Positions 43,094-52,122 of a stretch of 64,000 nt of DNA are shown in pieces (position 1 is the first letter of the stretch; every line of letters begins with the position of its first letter). Source of the DNA: Wickerhamiella versatilis. Its lineage: Eukaryota. The stretch lies in the NCBI GenBank assembly GCA_030867685.1, contig JAQOWU010000008.1, positions 1,488,001 through 1,552,000 on the forward strand, written 5' to 3'. The position numbers were made by a program, and so were the translations under genes. The notes beneath the pieces are model-generated. The model was not told the origin of the DNA, made no database searches, and was given only the letters and a program-made list of their open reading frames with translations.

Positions 43094-45460
43094 TCATACA
43101 ATCATCAATTCGTCGTCCTGAGTGAGTAGTAAAACACCCATATCCACATATTGATTGATGCATGTGTCGAGCTCGTTCCGGGTATAACCACGCCCCGTCA
43201 CACGTTCTCTCACTTCAGCCATAGGAATAACTTCGGAGTCATGGCTTCGGAAAACATCCACGACAATCTGGTATATCTTCGAAGCAGCACTAATATCTTC
43301 GCGCTCATAGCCTGAACGGCCAGATGACCTGCTAGAATGCAAACTCTTCTTTGACATTTCGTTCAATCTAAGCGCCTCATCGACATCGCTCTGCGACACG
43401 ACATTATCAAAACGCAAACGTGCTAGGGACTGTGCCATACGCATGATTCCTAGAAGTGCACGAGGAGTTGCGTGACCAAAGTCATCAGGGAATCTATCAT
43501 CAAGTTGGCGCTGACGTAGATGTACGTACACTGTTGCAGCAAATTCAGCTACTTCAGGTGGAAATACTGGTCGGTATTCGCGGGCCTTGGCTATATATTG
43601 CCTTAGCACATCAGGAGATATAGGTTCACCCTCCTTCTTAGATACCTGCGGGGCTTCAGAGTGCATGTGAACGTAAGTGACATGGTCTGCCAGGCGTATG
43701 TCCGAGCTACGTGAAGGCGTATCTAACATCAGGAACAAAAGATCGAAACGCGAAAGCAGTGCTGCCGGTAAATTTATATTTTCAACTGGAGACACGTTAG
43801 GATTATATCGTCCATAGACCGGATTGGCAGCGGCTAATATTGATGTACGTGCATTGAGAGTTGTCGAAATACCAGCCTTGGAAATGGAAATTGTCTGTTG
43901 TTCCATCACTTCATGAATAGCCGTTCTATCAGTTTCATCCATCTTGTCGAACTCATCAATGCAGCACACACCATTGTCTGCAAGAACTAAAGCACCACCT
44001 TCTAATACATTTTCATCGGTCACGGGGTCGCGTAGCACAGCGGCAGTAAGACCAACCCCAGAGGACCCGCGTCCTGTTGTGTAAACGCCACGAGGGGCTA
44101 TTTTGGTAATAAATCTCAGGAGCTGTGATTTTGCCACTCCAGGATCACCCATTAAGCAAATATTAATATCACCTCGAATGCGCATTCCGTCACCGACTTC
44201 TTTTGTAACACCACCAATTAGTTGCAACAAGAGAGCCTTTTTCACGTCTTCCTGGCCATATATTTCAGGGGCAATAGATGCCGCTAGCCTCTCGTATACG
44301 TTGCCCTCAGAATAGATGCGTTCAACCTCCTTCTGGGCTTCCTCTGTCAGCGTATATGCGCTGTATTCCTCTTTATTCTTGTGAATGTATTCGATACCAA
44401 GATACGTGTCTGTGATCAGACCCGCTCGAAGAGCTCTCATGCCGGTATACGGTCGAGGTAAGAAAATTCCTGAGATATCGGCATAATCCCCAGGAAGCAG
44501 ACTTCGCACAAGAGGTCCCGTGAGGTGCATTGTTAATGTCCGCGGAATTTGACCAATGGGCACCGAATCCGCAAGCTCCTGAATCCTGACTTCTTGAAAT
44601 GGCACAAATTTAGACGCTCTGGTTGATGGGTAAAGTTGACCTTTAGAGTTATTGCGTACGCATTCTGGAGACGGGCAGAACATGAGTGGCATGTATGTTC
44701 GAGACTTTACCTCCTGGAATACCTCATTGCCGCATTTATCACATGTATAAGCGGCTACGACAACCTGAGGCTTAACATCGGAAACCCGAGTCACAACACC
44801 ACGGGTGGTAATGAGGTGGCCTATACTCGAACCGCCGACCTGTCTAACTGTTAAGGGCAGTCTTGCATCCTTGGCTCGCCGAACAAAAGGTGACAGGGGT
44901 TTGACATAGAATGTATATCGCCGAGTGAGCTCAGCAGGAAATTGGTCTTCGGAATTTGTCAGTCTTCCTGCAAATTCACCAGTCCTCTCTGCTTCTTTAT
45001 TACGGAACTCACGTGCATAGAGGAGAATATCGACCACATCATCATGATAAGTATAGCTCTTGGTTGGTGGAGGCAAAAGACTGTCCACTACTTGTGAAGC
45101 AAGTTCTATATAATGGACTGTATTGTTTTCAAAGTAATCTGTGAGAAGGAACCTGTCGTATCCTTCCTTCTGATGCCGGTCCCAATTTGCCAAGTCGTCG
45201 AGATCCAATATAAATGTGTCTCTATCACGATTTGAAATATCTTGCAGCATATCCATGTATTTAAGTGGCATGTGTTCTTCTTCTCCATTATTTGCATTTG
45301 CCTCCTCTGCGACTTCTGCGTCCTCTACCTCCATATCCCCATCCGGGCGAACCCGCCGCTTATACTTTACCCCTTCTCGGAATTCTTGAATAAATTTACT
45401 GAGAATGTCTCGGTGCAGATCATAATCCGTTCGAGCCTTTGTCGCGAACAAAGACGACAT
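43094..45460 (-). CDS. MCM7: Replicative helicase subunit Mcm7
   Basis: STRASKFVPFQE, GDPGVAKSQ, IDEFDKM, AALLSRFD, QFPAELTRRY. Confidence 0.97.
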   Translation of the reverse strand: MSSLFATKARTDYDLHRDILSKFIQEFREGVKYKRRVRPDGDMEVEDAEVAEEANANNGEEEHMPLKYMDMLQDISNRDRDTFILDLDDLANWDRHQKEGYDRFLLTDYFENNTVHYIELASQVVDSLLPPPTKSYTYHDDVVDILLYAREFRNKEAERTGEFAGRLTNSEDQFPAELTRRYTFYVKPLSPFVRRAKDARLPLTVRQVGGSSIGHLITTRGVVTRVSDVKPQVVVAAYTCDKCGNEVFQEVKSRTYMPLMFCPSPECVRNNSKGQLYPSTRASKFVPFQEVRIQELADSVPIGQIPRTLTMHLTGPLVRSLLPGDYADISGIFLPRPYTGMRALRAGLITDTYLGIEYIHKNKEEYSAYTLTEEAQKEVERIYSEGNVYERLAASIAPEIYGQEDVKKALLLQLIGGVTKEVGDGMRIRGDINICLMGDPGVAKSQLLRFITKIAPRGVYTTGRGSSGVGLTAAVLRDPVTDENVLEGGALVLADNGVCCIDEFDKMDETDRTAIHEVMEQQTISISKAGISTTLNARTSILAAANPVYGRYNPNVSPVENINLPAALLSRFDLLFLMLDTPSRSSDIRLADHVTYVHMHSEAPQVSKKEGEPISPDVLRQYIAKAREYRPVFPPEVAEFAATVYVHLRQRQLDDRFPDDFGHATPRALLGIMRMAQSLARLRFDNVVSQSDVDEALRLNEMSKKSLHSSRSSGRSGYEREDISAASKIYQIVVDVFRSHDSEVIPMAEVRERVTGRGYTRNELDTCINQYVDMGVLLLTQDDELMIV

Positions 45461-45574
45461 CCCAGGTAGAGGTAAGGATGTTCTGCTAGTGGTGGTGGTG
45501 GTTGGTGAGGATGGGACAATCTGCGTCTAAATTGAATCTTTGTAATAAACCCTAGCCCGCGTTAAATAGAATAT

Positions 45575-45580
45575 ACGCGT
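45575..45580. promoter_or_regulatory. MCB element (ACGCGT) about 115 nt upstream of MCM7
   Basis: ACGCGTCG, with CCGCGT nearby; MCB/MBF sites are typical of replication genes. Confidence 0.55.
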
Positions 45581-46009
45581 CGACTCTATAAATCTTGACG
45601 AGTTCGAAAATTACTTGTCTTCTAGAATTAAACTATTTGTCTATACTGGTACTGGGTGCTGTATTGATGTTCCACGCCACATCCTGAGTACCTGTTTCAA
45701 CAGACTGTAAAAAAAAACCACTTCGATGTATCAATCAGGATAACCAAAGGTTTCAAGAAAATATCACACGTTCATTTGAAAATTGTCCCATCATTTAAAT
45801 ATGTCTATCGCGCCTGCACTGAGCTAGCTAGATTTAAAGTTAAAATGACACGTCCAGTGCTATCCGCCTTTCGATGTCTCACCGATCTTGAACTTCTTGG
45901 CATAATCAGAAATAATCGTTAAAGAGTTATAAAGGCTATAAAACTTTCTTATCCCGATCTTTAGTATTCATAATTTACTTTCATATATCACATTCATTCA
46001 TAACCTGGA

Positions 46010-46255
46010 TCATGTTTCCTGGGTGCAACAAATAACATACTCATCAACTAGAAGAAGGTCCTAGTCTCAGCTGCACACATCCCAAAAGCCTTGGACACAC
46101 CCCTGATGTTAAGGATTGAGTGCAGCAAAGGGGGGTAGAAGCGGCGTCCACAAGCACAGCAAACCCTGGGTTGCAATCCAATATGGAAAACTAAGTCCAT
46201 ATCCATGTATGAGGCTTTCTACATAGGCTGCACTGCTGCTCTGACTGGACGCCCT
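46010..46255 (-). ncRNA. Candidate structured RNA with H/ACA-like 3' end (identity and 5' end unknown)
   Basis: Nested stems, H-box-like AGACTA (46067-46062), G-U-rich terminal hairpin and ACA (46015-46013); see findings. Confidence 0.4.
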
Positions 46256-46365
46256 CGTCCTAAGCTCGAGCGAGCTGGCATCACGAAAGGGGCAACCATT
46301 CCTACGACAACATACGCAACCATCAGTCTCGTACCTTTAGCGGTAGCACTTGTGAATTTCGACAT
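46219..46365 (-). CDS. Candidate 48-aa single-pass membrane microprotein
   Basis: MSKFTSATAKGTRLMVAYVVVGMVAPFVMPARSSLGRGRPVRAAVQPM*; below the ORF-track size cutoff. Confidence 0.35.
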   Translation of the reverse strand: MSKFTSATAKGTRLMVAYVVVGMVAPFVMPARSSLGRGRPVRAAVQPM

Positions 46366-46532
46366 TCTTCCAGTTAAGTAATTTGATAACGGTTTCGGTA
46401 AGTCTGGCTTTAAGTAGATTCTCTCGTTTGTATACTATGCCTTGATCGCGGTAAGGTTTACGCGTAGTTACAAGTAGATGAGGTAACAAAAATAGTAGTA
46501 AAGAGACGATCAATACCGAGAGGGACTGCATT

Positions 46533-46885
46533 ATGGAGTCTACAGAGGAGCTGTCAGACAAGCTTAGTGGTAAAATGGCACTGGCAGACTCCAGCAGTAT
46601 ATCTGGGTCCTTGCTTTTGAGTGTCCGGGACCATCGCATACTCCATGTCACAGGGTGCTTTCAGGGGCCTGACACATTTCTGCATACCTTGGCAACAGCA
46701 GCGCTAAATACATGGAAAGGTGCCGCAGAGCTCAGTGGTAGAACACCAGACTCTCTCGAATTTTCAGAGTCAGGTCTGAAATACATACTTGTTTCGGGTA
46801 AGTTAGGCTGATGTTTCAGCTTGCAATTGCTTCAGAATCTAACGCAGACAACACATACCTCCTGGTAGCACGGCTTAAAGCTTAG
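46533..46885 (+). CDS. Roadblock/LC7-fold protein, 100 aa, two exons (46533-46797, 46848-46885)
   Basis: 50-nt intron GTAAGT...TCTAAC-G-CAG; spliced C-terminus YILVSDNTYLLVARLKA completes a Roadblock-like beta hairpin; ISGSLLLSVRDHRILHVTG motif. Confidence 0.7.
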
Positions 46886-47194
46886 TACTATTTATTCTGA
46901 CGTGTATGTCGTGAATTCCGTCCGATATAGACATCTCTAGGAAGAGTTGAGGCACTAAACGATATGCACCCTAAGCCTATGCAATTACATATTCTAAGCA
47001 AGATCAGGGCGAAGGCTAAGCCTTCGCCTATCTGTTCCGGGTTGGTATCAATAAGGGATAGGTAGGCTAATAGTTATAATGTCCTCATCCCACCCGCAAT
47101 CCCAATTATATACCTTCTACAAAATTTCTCACACAACAACAAAGGAATCTCGTTACGTAATTAGAATCGACAGCTGTCTGGCCTGAGTGATCAG

Positions 47195-47560
47195 ATGTCC
47201 CGGCATCTTGGTTTGAGACGGCGCATAGGCGATTTTAGAAATTCTTCGCTGGATTCAATTACATCCCACCCCAGAATAAGTGGCACAGATACCACTGCAG
47301 ACTTATCAGACATCATTGAATATAATGATGAGCATCAAACTGTGACCCCTACGAATGTCCCAATTCCAGAAGGTGTTCTGGAAAAAGAGCTGCATGATCG
47401 AGAAGTTAAGACGATTCTGAATGACCTGCGCGAAAGTCCTATTTCAAGTGTTACCGGCGCTTCAATAGAATTTTTGAGAAAGGCAAACGAGCAACTTGTG
47501 GCAAGCATCCAGGAAGATAACTGGCTATTTGAGCATACTCCTATTTCTTCTGATAATTAG
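47195..47560 (+). CDS. Small APC/C subunit, Apc9/ANAPC16-like
   Basis: C-terminal helix QLVASIQEDNWLF resembles the APC16-type motif; next to CDC45, as APC9 is in S. cerevisiae. Confidence 0.55.
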   Translation: MSRHLGLRRRIGDFRNSSLDSITSHPRISGTDTTADLSDIIEYNDEHQTVTPTNVPIPEGVLEKELHDREVKTILNDLRESPISSVTGASIEFLRKANEQLVASIQEDNWLFEHTPISSDN

Positions 47561-47628
47561 AGTTGGCTTTTAATTGTCTTGCTAATGTCAATCTAATATA
47601 TATTGGGCCCTTCAAAAAATCCTTAGTA

Positions 47629-47634
47629 ACGCGT
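47629..47634. promoter_or_regulatory. MCB element (ACGCGT) about 50 nt upstream of CDC45
   Basis: ACGCGTCG, the same 8-mer as at MCM7. Confidence 0.6.
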
Positions 47635-47680
47635 CGTTGGATTTGGAAGAGAAGTGTAAGGAGGGGCCTCTCGGTGTGGC

Positions 47681-49546
47681 ATGTACGTGAAGCTAGAGGA
47701 TTTCTATTCGACATGGCGTTCCATACTTAAAGAGTCGCACTCTGCGTCCATAAGCCTGACCATGATAGTGTCCGTGCTCGACGTAGACGCGTTGTGTGCG
47801 GCAAAGGCGTTGGACCTCTATTTAAAGGAAGACTACATCCAGCATCAGATAATACCTGTTGTAGGCTATATGAGCCTAAAGGAGGCGTTCCAAGGGCTGT
47901 CACCAGACATAAGTAATGTTCTCTGTATCGGTTGCGGTTCTAATGTTGATCTCCAAGAATATCTGGGACTAGATCCAAATCAAAATACACTTCGAATTCA
48001 CATTCTGGATAATCATCGCCCTTGGGATCTGGCAAATATCTGTGGTAGCAAGTCCGTGCTTTGTTGGGATGACGGTTATTTCGGTTTGTTGGATAAATAT
48101 ATAGACGCGTTTCAAACGCTAGCGGAAGAGGGATTTCGTTCTGAGGACGACGATACAGATGATGATGATGCTGAATTCTTAGGCACGCGACAGGCTCATG
48201 GTGTGACGCATACTCAGGTCGGCAGGACCGGCAACGCCCAAGTAGCGGAAGAAGAGCGGACGCAAGAGGATCCAACACAAGTAGAAAATTCGCGTTCGCC
48301 ACAACCATCCCGACAAGCATCAAGGGAGCAGTACCGCATTGCCCGTAATAATTATGACGCATACTACCGTCAAGGCAGCCACATCCTGTCTTCAAATTCT
48401 TTGCAGGTTTATACTTTGCTGTCCCAGATTGGTAAAACATCACTAGGAGCGCTATGGTTAACCATTGTGGGAACCACAGCCCTTGAGCCCCAGTATCCGG
48501 AGCTGTACGCCTCAACAATTCCTGCTCTGAAGAAAGAGGCAAGGCGGTACAGCCCCCAGCTGGAGCGTAATCGTCCTTCACGGACCACTATAAATGCAAA
48601 TCGCGATATTACATTCACTAATGAAGATGATTTTTCCCTCTTTTTATTGCGACAATGGTCCCTCTATGAGAGTATGATCCATTCGTCATATTTATCAGCA
48701 AAGCTCTATCTTTGGACTGAAGATGGGCGAAAAAATATGCATGACATGCTATCCCGCATTGGTATCGATGAAAGTGACGCAAAAGAAACGTGGGCTCACA
48801 TGCAGCAGGACCTCAAAAATAGGTTGAGGGACAAGTTTGAACGAGTTAGTTCGTTGTATGGTATTGAGCACATCTGTCGTGATGGCGTGGTACGCCAATT
48901 CGGAAGGGATGGAACACTGAGTGCTGGGGACTGCGCAGAGTCTGTCGCGGCATTGCTGGAGGCTGGTTTACCAACTAATAATATTGAAGACAATAGAGAA
49001 GAAAAATCTGACCAGCCAAAATCGTGGGTACGTAACTTCTGGATTGCCTGGAACTCTGTTGACAACTATGATAGACTCTGCTTTGGTGCTGAGATGGCAA
49101 AAAGTCTTCAGCAAGCAGTCGTTGCAACTGGTCGGGCTATTTTTGAAAAAGGTCAGCTGAGAGATCTGAACAAATATCGGCTTGCGGTGATAAAGGATAC
49201 CCCAGATATTGCTACATTCATTAATCCAAGGTCATTGACTCGACTTGGTATCTGGATATCGGACGCATGCGCGGAAATACATGCAGCTGTTCTCCCGCTT
49301 GTACTAGCTTCATTTGATGAGCAGCACGGCACGTATCTGGTTTTGGGCATGGGTCCACGCAAAGCCCGTGAAGATATTTTATCTGTGGATACTGTCTATA
49401 ATGAATTTGGTCACCGGTTTCAGGATACAGCACAAAGCATTACAGGGGCAAATATTCGTATTGATGCATTCGACTCTGCAGTTGTTGAAGTCGCTAAAGA
49501 CACCCTTTCAATATTTCTGGAAAAGCTTGCACTACAAATATACTGA
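47681..49546 (+). CDS. CDC45: Replication factor Cdc45
   Basis: LDVDALCA, DNHRPWDLAN, LFLLRQWSLYESM, NEFGHRF, RIDAFD. Confidence 0.96.
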   Translation: MYVKLEDFYSTWRSILKESHSASISLTMIVSVLDVDALCAAKALDLYLKEDYIQHQIIPVVGYMSLKEAFQGLSPDISNVLCIGCGSNVDLQEYLGLDPNQNTLRIHILDNHRPWDLANICGSKSVLCWDDGYFGLLDKYIDAFQTLAEEGFRSEDDDTDDDDAEFLGTRQAHGVTHTQVGRTGNAQVAEEERTQEDPTQVENSRSPQPSRQASREQYRIARNNYDAYYRQGSHILSSNSLQVYTLLSQIGKTSLGALWLTIVGTTALEPQYPELYASTIPALKKEARRYSPQLERNRPSRTTINANRDITFTNEDDFSLFLLRQWSLYESMIHSSYLSAKLYLWTEDGRKNMHDMLSRIGIDESDAKETWAHMQQDLKNRLRDKFERVSSLYGIEHICRDGVVRQFGRDGTLSAGDCAESVAALLEAGLPTNNIEDNREEKSDQPKSWVRNFWIAWNSVDNYDRLCFGAEMAKSLQQAVVATGRAIFEKGQLRDLNKYRLAVIKDTPDIATFINPRSLTRLGIWISDACAEIHAAVLPLVLASFDEQHGTYLVLGMGPRKAREDILSVDTVYNEFGHRFQDTAQSITGANIRIDAFDSAVVEVAKDTLSIFLEKLALQIY

Positions 49547-49617
49547 TTTATATACATAGTTGTGTGTCTAATTCTCATACTCTCCCCCGAATCGCTTAAT
49601 CATTATCTAATCAAATC

Positions 49618-49971
49618 ATGAAGCCAGCTGGCCTGGTTGCCTGTTTTGCAACTGTCTCAGCGCAGTTTGGTATTTTCGACCAGCTATTTCGACAGCAGCA
49701 CCAGCAGCAGCAAGAGCATCAACAGCAGCAAGAAAGGCTTGGGAACAACCCGGTGGAACGTGCATATTATGAGAGTAGTTGTGACAAGTTCTTGTGCGAG
49801 GATACGTTGGTGTGTGTTGACAGACCCATTGATTGCCCATGCCCCTTCAGCAGTGCACAAATGAAGTGTGTACTTCCCGATGAGGAAGCATATGTTTGTA
49901 TTAGCCAACCAACTAATGAAGATGGTCCTGATTGCGAGTACGTACTTAACGCGTACAAAGGTAATATTTAA
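49618..49971 (+). CDS. LCL2: Lcl2 (secretory pathway/ERAD-associated small protein)
   Basis: Signal peptide, poly-Q, CDKFLCEDTLVCVDRPIDCPCPF...CVLP...CIS...AYKG. Confidence 0.9.
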   Translation: MKPAGLVACFATVSAQFGIFDQLFRQQHQQQQEHQQQQERLGNNPVERAYYESSCDKFLCEDTLVCVDRPIDCPCPFSSAQMKCVLPDEEAYVCISQPTNEDGPDCEYVLNAYKGNI

Positions 49972-49998
49972 GCAATTATATGAGTCGTCAAGTAAACA

Positions 49999-51147
49999 TT
50001 AATCTCTTGTTCTAGTTGGGGCCCATCGGAAAAAGGTAATAGGCTTAACCTTGAATTGTTGTAAGATCCTACGGAAGTCTCCGATAGATGTAATGCGGTC
50101 CCACTCCACATAGCTGGGTCCTTCGACATAGGCTAAAACCAAAGTCTTTTTGACACCACCCAGAACTCGCATAATGGCCTGGTTACCCTGCCAGTCTAAC
50201 TGTGCATCTGGTGCAACTACGTTCACCGCGAATTCTGCGTGATGAAATGGGGGACCCCGCTTGTATAGAATGAAATCAGTCCCAAACTTCACCCCAGACC
50301 GCATACACCAGCCAAGTGATCTAAAATAGTGGTATGCAATATACTCATGCAATCTCTGGACCGAGTATCCCAAGGTCTTCTGCAGAAGTTGAGATACTTC
50401 GTGGCCAGTGTCTAGGACACCAAGGCCTAAAGACAAAAATACCGCTTCATGTGGCGACAGTTGGAGATACTCAAGCCGAATAATATCTGTATCGTCGATC
50501 AAAAGAGCTGTATCCTCACTCCTTACAGCAGTCCTATAATCATCATCAGGTGATTGTTCAAGCTTTGCTATTTCCGCGCTGAGCAAAGGATCCTCCGGAA
50601 GTCCCTCGGCCAAACGCTTTTCTAAGAGCTGCTTCTTCTCAATCAAGTCCCTCTCTCGCTTGAACTCTCGTCGTCTTTGTCGTCGTAGTTCCGTAAGCTC
50701 TTCAAAGGTCAGTTCACCACCATCTAGACCTAGGCGTCTCATAGTTCGTCCATACCACGAGGGCTCACTACGACTTAGCGTTCCTTTCCCAAAAAAGCCT
50801 CGACTCCATAGCGCCTTGGCTGATTTAGGGTCCGTGATTTTTACAGTACCATCATTCAAAAGCTCTCCCTTATGTATATCCTGCTTCGGATGTGCTTTTA
50901 TTAGGCAATATAGATAATAAATAATGCTGATAGGATTGTGAATTGCCAAAGGTGGCAGAACCTCGATATTATAAGGAAGGGGATCCTTGTAGACATCTCG
51001 AGCACGTCGTTTCAAGGTATCAGGCCCCTTTGCTGGCTATAAGTTAGTTCAGATACCGTTGTAGTCTTTATTATGAGCTCCCACCGTCACTCAGGGGCCG
51101 CCCCCCAAGTAGTCGAGCTGCAAAAAATTATCATCACCACATACCAT
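49999..51147 (-). CDS. SEN2: tRNA-splicing endonuclease catalytic subunit Sen2; exon 1 is ATG only (51147-51145), intron 51144-51037, 346 aa
   Basis: GFFGKGTLSRSEP, EYLQLSPHEA, RSGVKFGTDFILYKRGPPFHHAE; intron GTATGT...ACTAAC-TTA-TAG gives in-frame MPAKGPDTLKRR. Confidence 0.93.
51049..51137 (-). ncRNA. SNR79: Intronic box C/D snoRNA, snR79 homolog (18S Cm1007 guide)
   Basis: C box GTGATGA (51137-51131), D box CTGA (51052-51049), guide AAGACTACAACGGTAT antisense to conserved 18S AUACCGUCGUAGUCUU with one mismatch; D+5 rule gives the second C. Confidence 0.88.
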
Positions 51148-51412
51148 TTGATCCTGTGAAGGATTTGTCAGATTGAGTGTACACAAGCCGTAGAAGGAAT
51201 TTTGAGTATTTTATTGTCACTTTTATCTCCTTTTTTTTTCTTTTATCTATTTTTTATTTCCTTGTAAACTTTCATTGGAGCTACTCCTGTCTATAATGGG
51301 TAAGTTGCAGTAATCTGATCGCCTAAAGAAGTAATTGGAGATTGACTATTTCATAAAGAACCTTGTTATCCTAATGTCTTTTCTCTGAAAAAATAAATAT
51401 TAAAAAAAAAGT

Positions 51413-52012
51413 ATGACTCTCAACGAGCAAGACCAGAGAGTGATCAACGCCATCTTTGGCAGACCCCAATCGAAGACTATTCCAGTCGATCTCACACTTC
51501 CACCTGACCAGCACATCCCCCTTGAGAAAACCAGCATTCTTATAGACAGAGAAAAAGAGTCCATTAGATTATGCGAGGCTGGAGATATCGAACACGCATT
51601 GGCTTTGCTCCAAGAGATCATCAAGGAGGAACCTAAGTACGCCTCTGTATACAATAATCGAGCACAGATGATGCGGCTTAAGCCTGGTTTTGACTTTTCA
51701 AAAGTCGAGAATGACTTGAGAAAGGCCATTTCCCTAGCAAAGCCCAAGAAAGAAAATGCATCAGTGTCAAAGATGCAAGCAAACGTACTGAGAAATGCTT
51801 GCCTTCAACTTGGGCTACTTTATAACGAAAAGTCTCAAAAAGGTGACCAATCTGCCCAAGAATCGTGGGATTTACAACTCAAAGCATCTGAATTGCTTGC
51901 CTTGGCTGGACTTTATGGTGAAAGTATTGCGACCTCTCTAGCCGCACATGTGAACCCATATGCTAAACTCTGCGGTAATATGATGGAAATGGCTTTCGCT
52001 AATAATTTGTAA
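51413..52012 (+). CDS. TPR protein, TTC36-like
   Basis: YASVYNNRAQ TPR and C-terminal HVNPYAKLCG. Confidence 0.8.
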   Translation: MTLNEQDQRVINAIFGRPQSKTIPVDLTLPPDQHIPLEKTSILIDREKESIRLCEAGDIEHALALLQEIIKEEPKYASVYNNRAQMMRLKPGFDFSKVENDLRKAISLAKPKKENASVSKMQANVLRNACLQLGLLYNEKSQKGDQSAQESWDLQLKASELLALAGLYGESIATSLAAHVNPYAKLCGNMMEMAFANNL

Positions 52013-52122
52013 GTGCTAATTACAAGCTAGTTATCTCAATTTATGCCCGAAAACCTAGTTCTTGTGGGTATATGGTGCATATACCTTTCCTTTTTGTAGT
52101 TAATGTGCATAATAAATAATAT

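Noticed and set aside
46290-46335. Plus-strand CATTCCTA and AACCAT resembling snR30/U17 m1 and m2 motifs
   Set aside because: Both motifs mismatch the consensus and no ACA follows 7 nt after m2 (GTA instead); they are explained by the repeated M-V-A codons of the minus-strand micro-ORF
46397-46404. Minus-strand ACTTACC resembling the U1 snRNA 5' end
   Set aside because: Context is AGACTTACCG rather than ATACTTACCT, and no U1 loop I/II or Sm site follows
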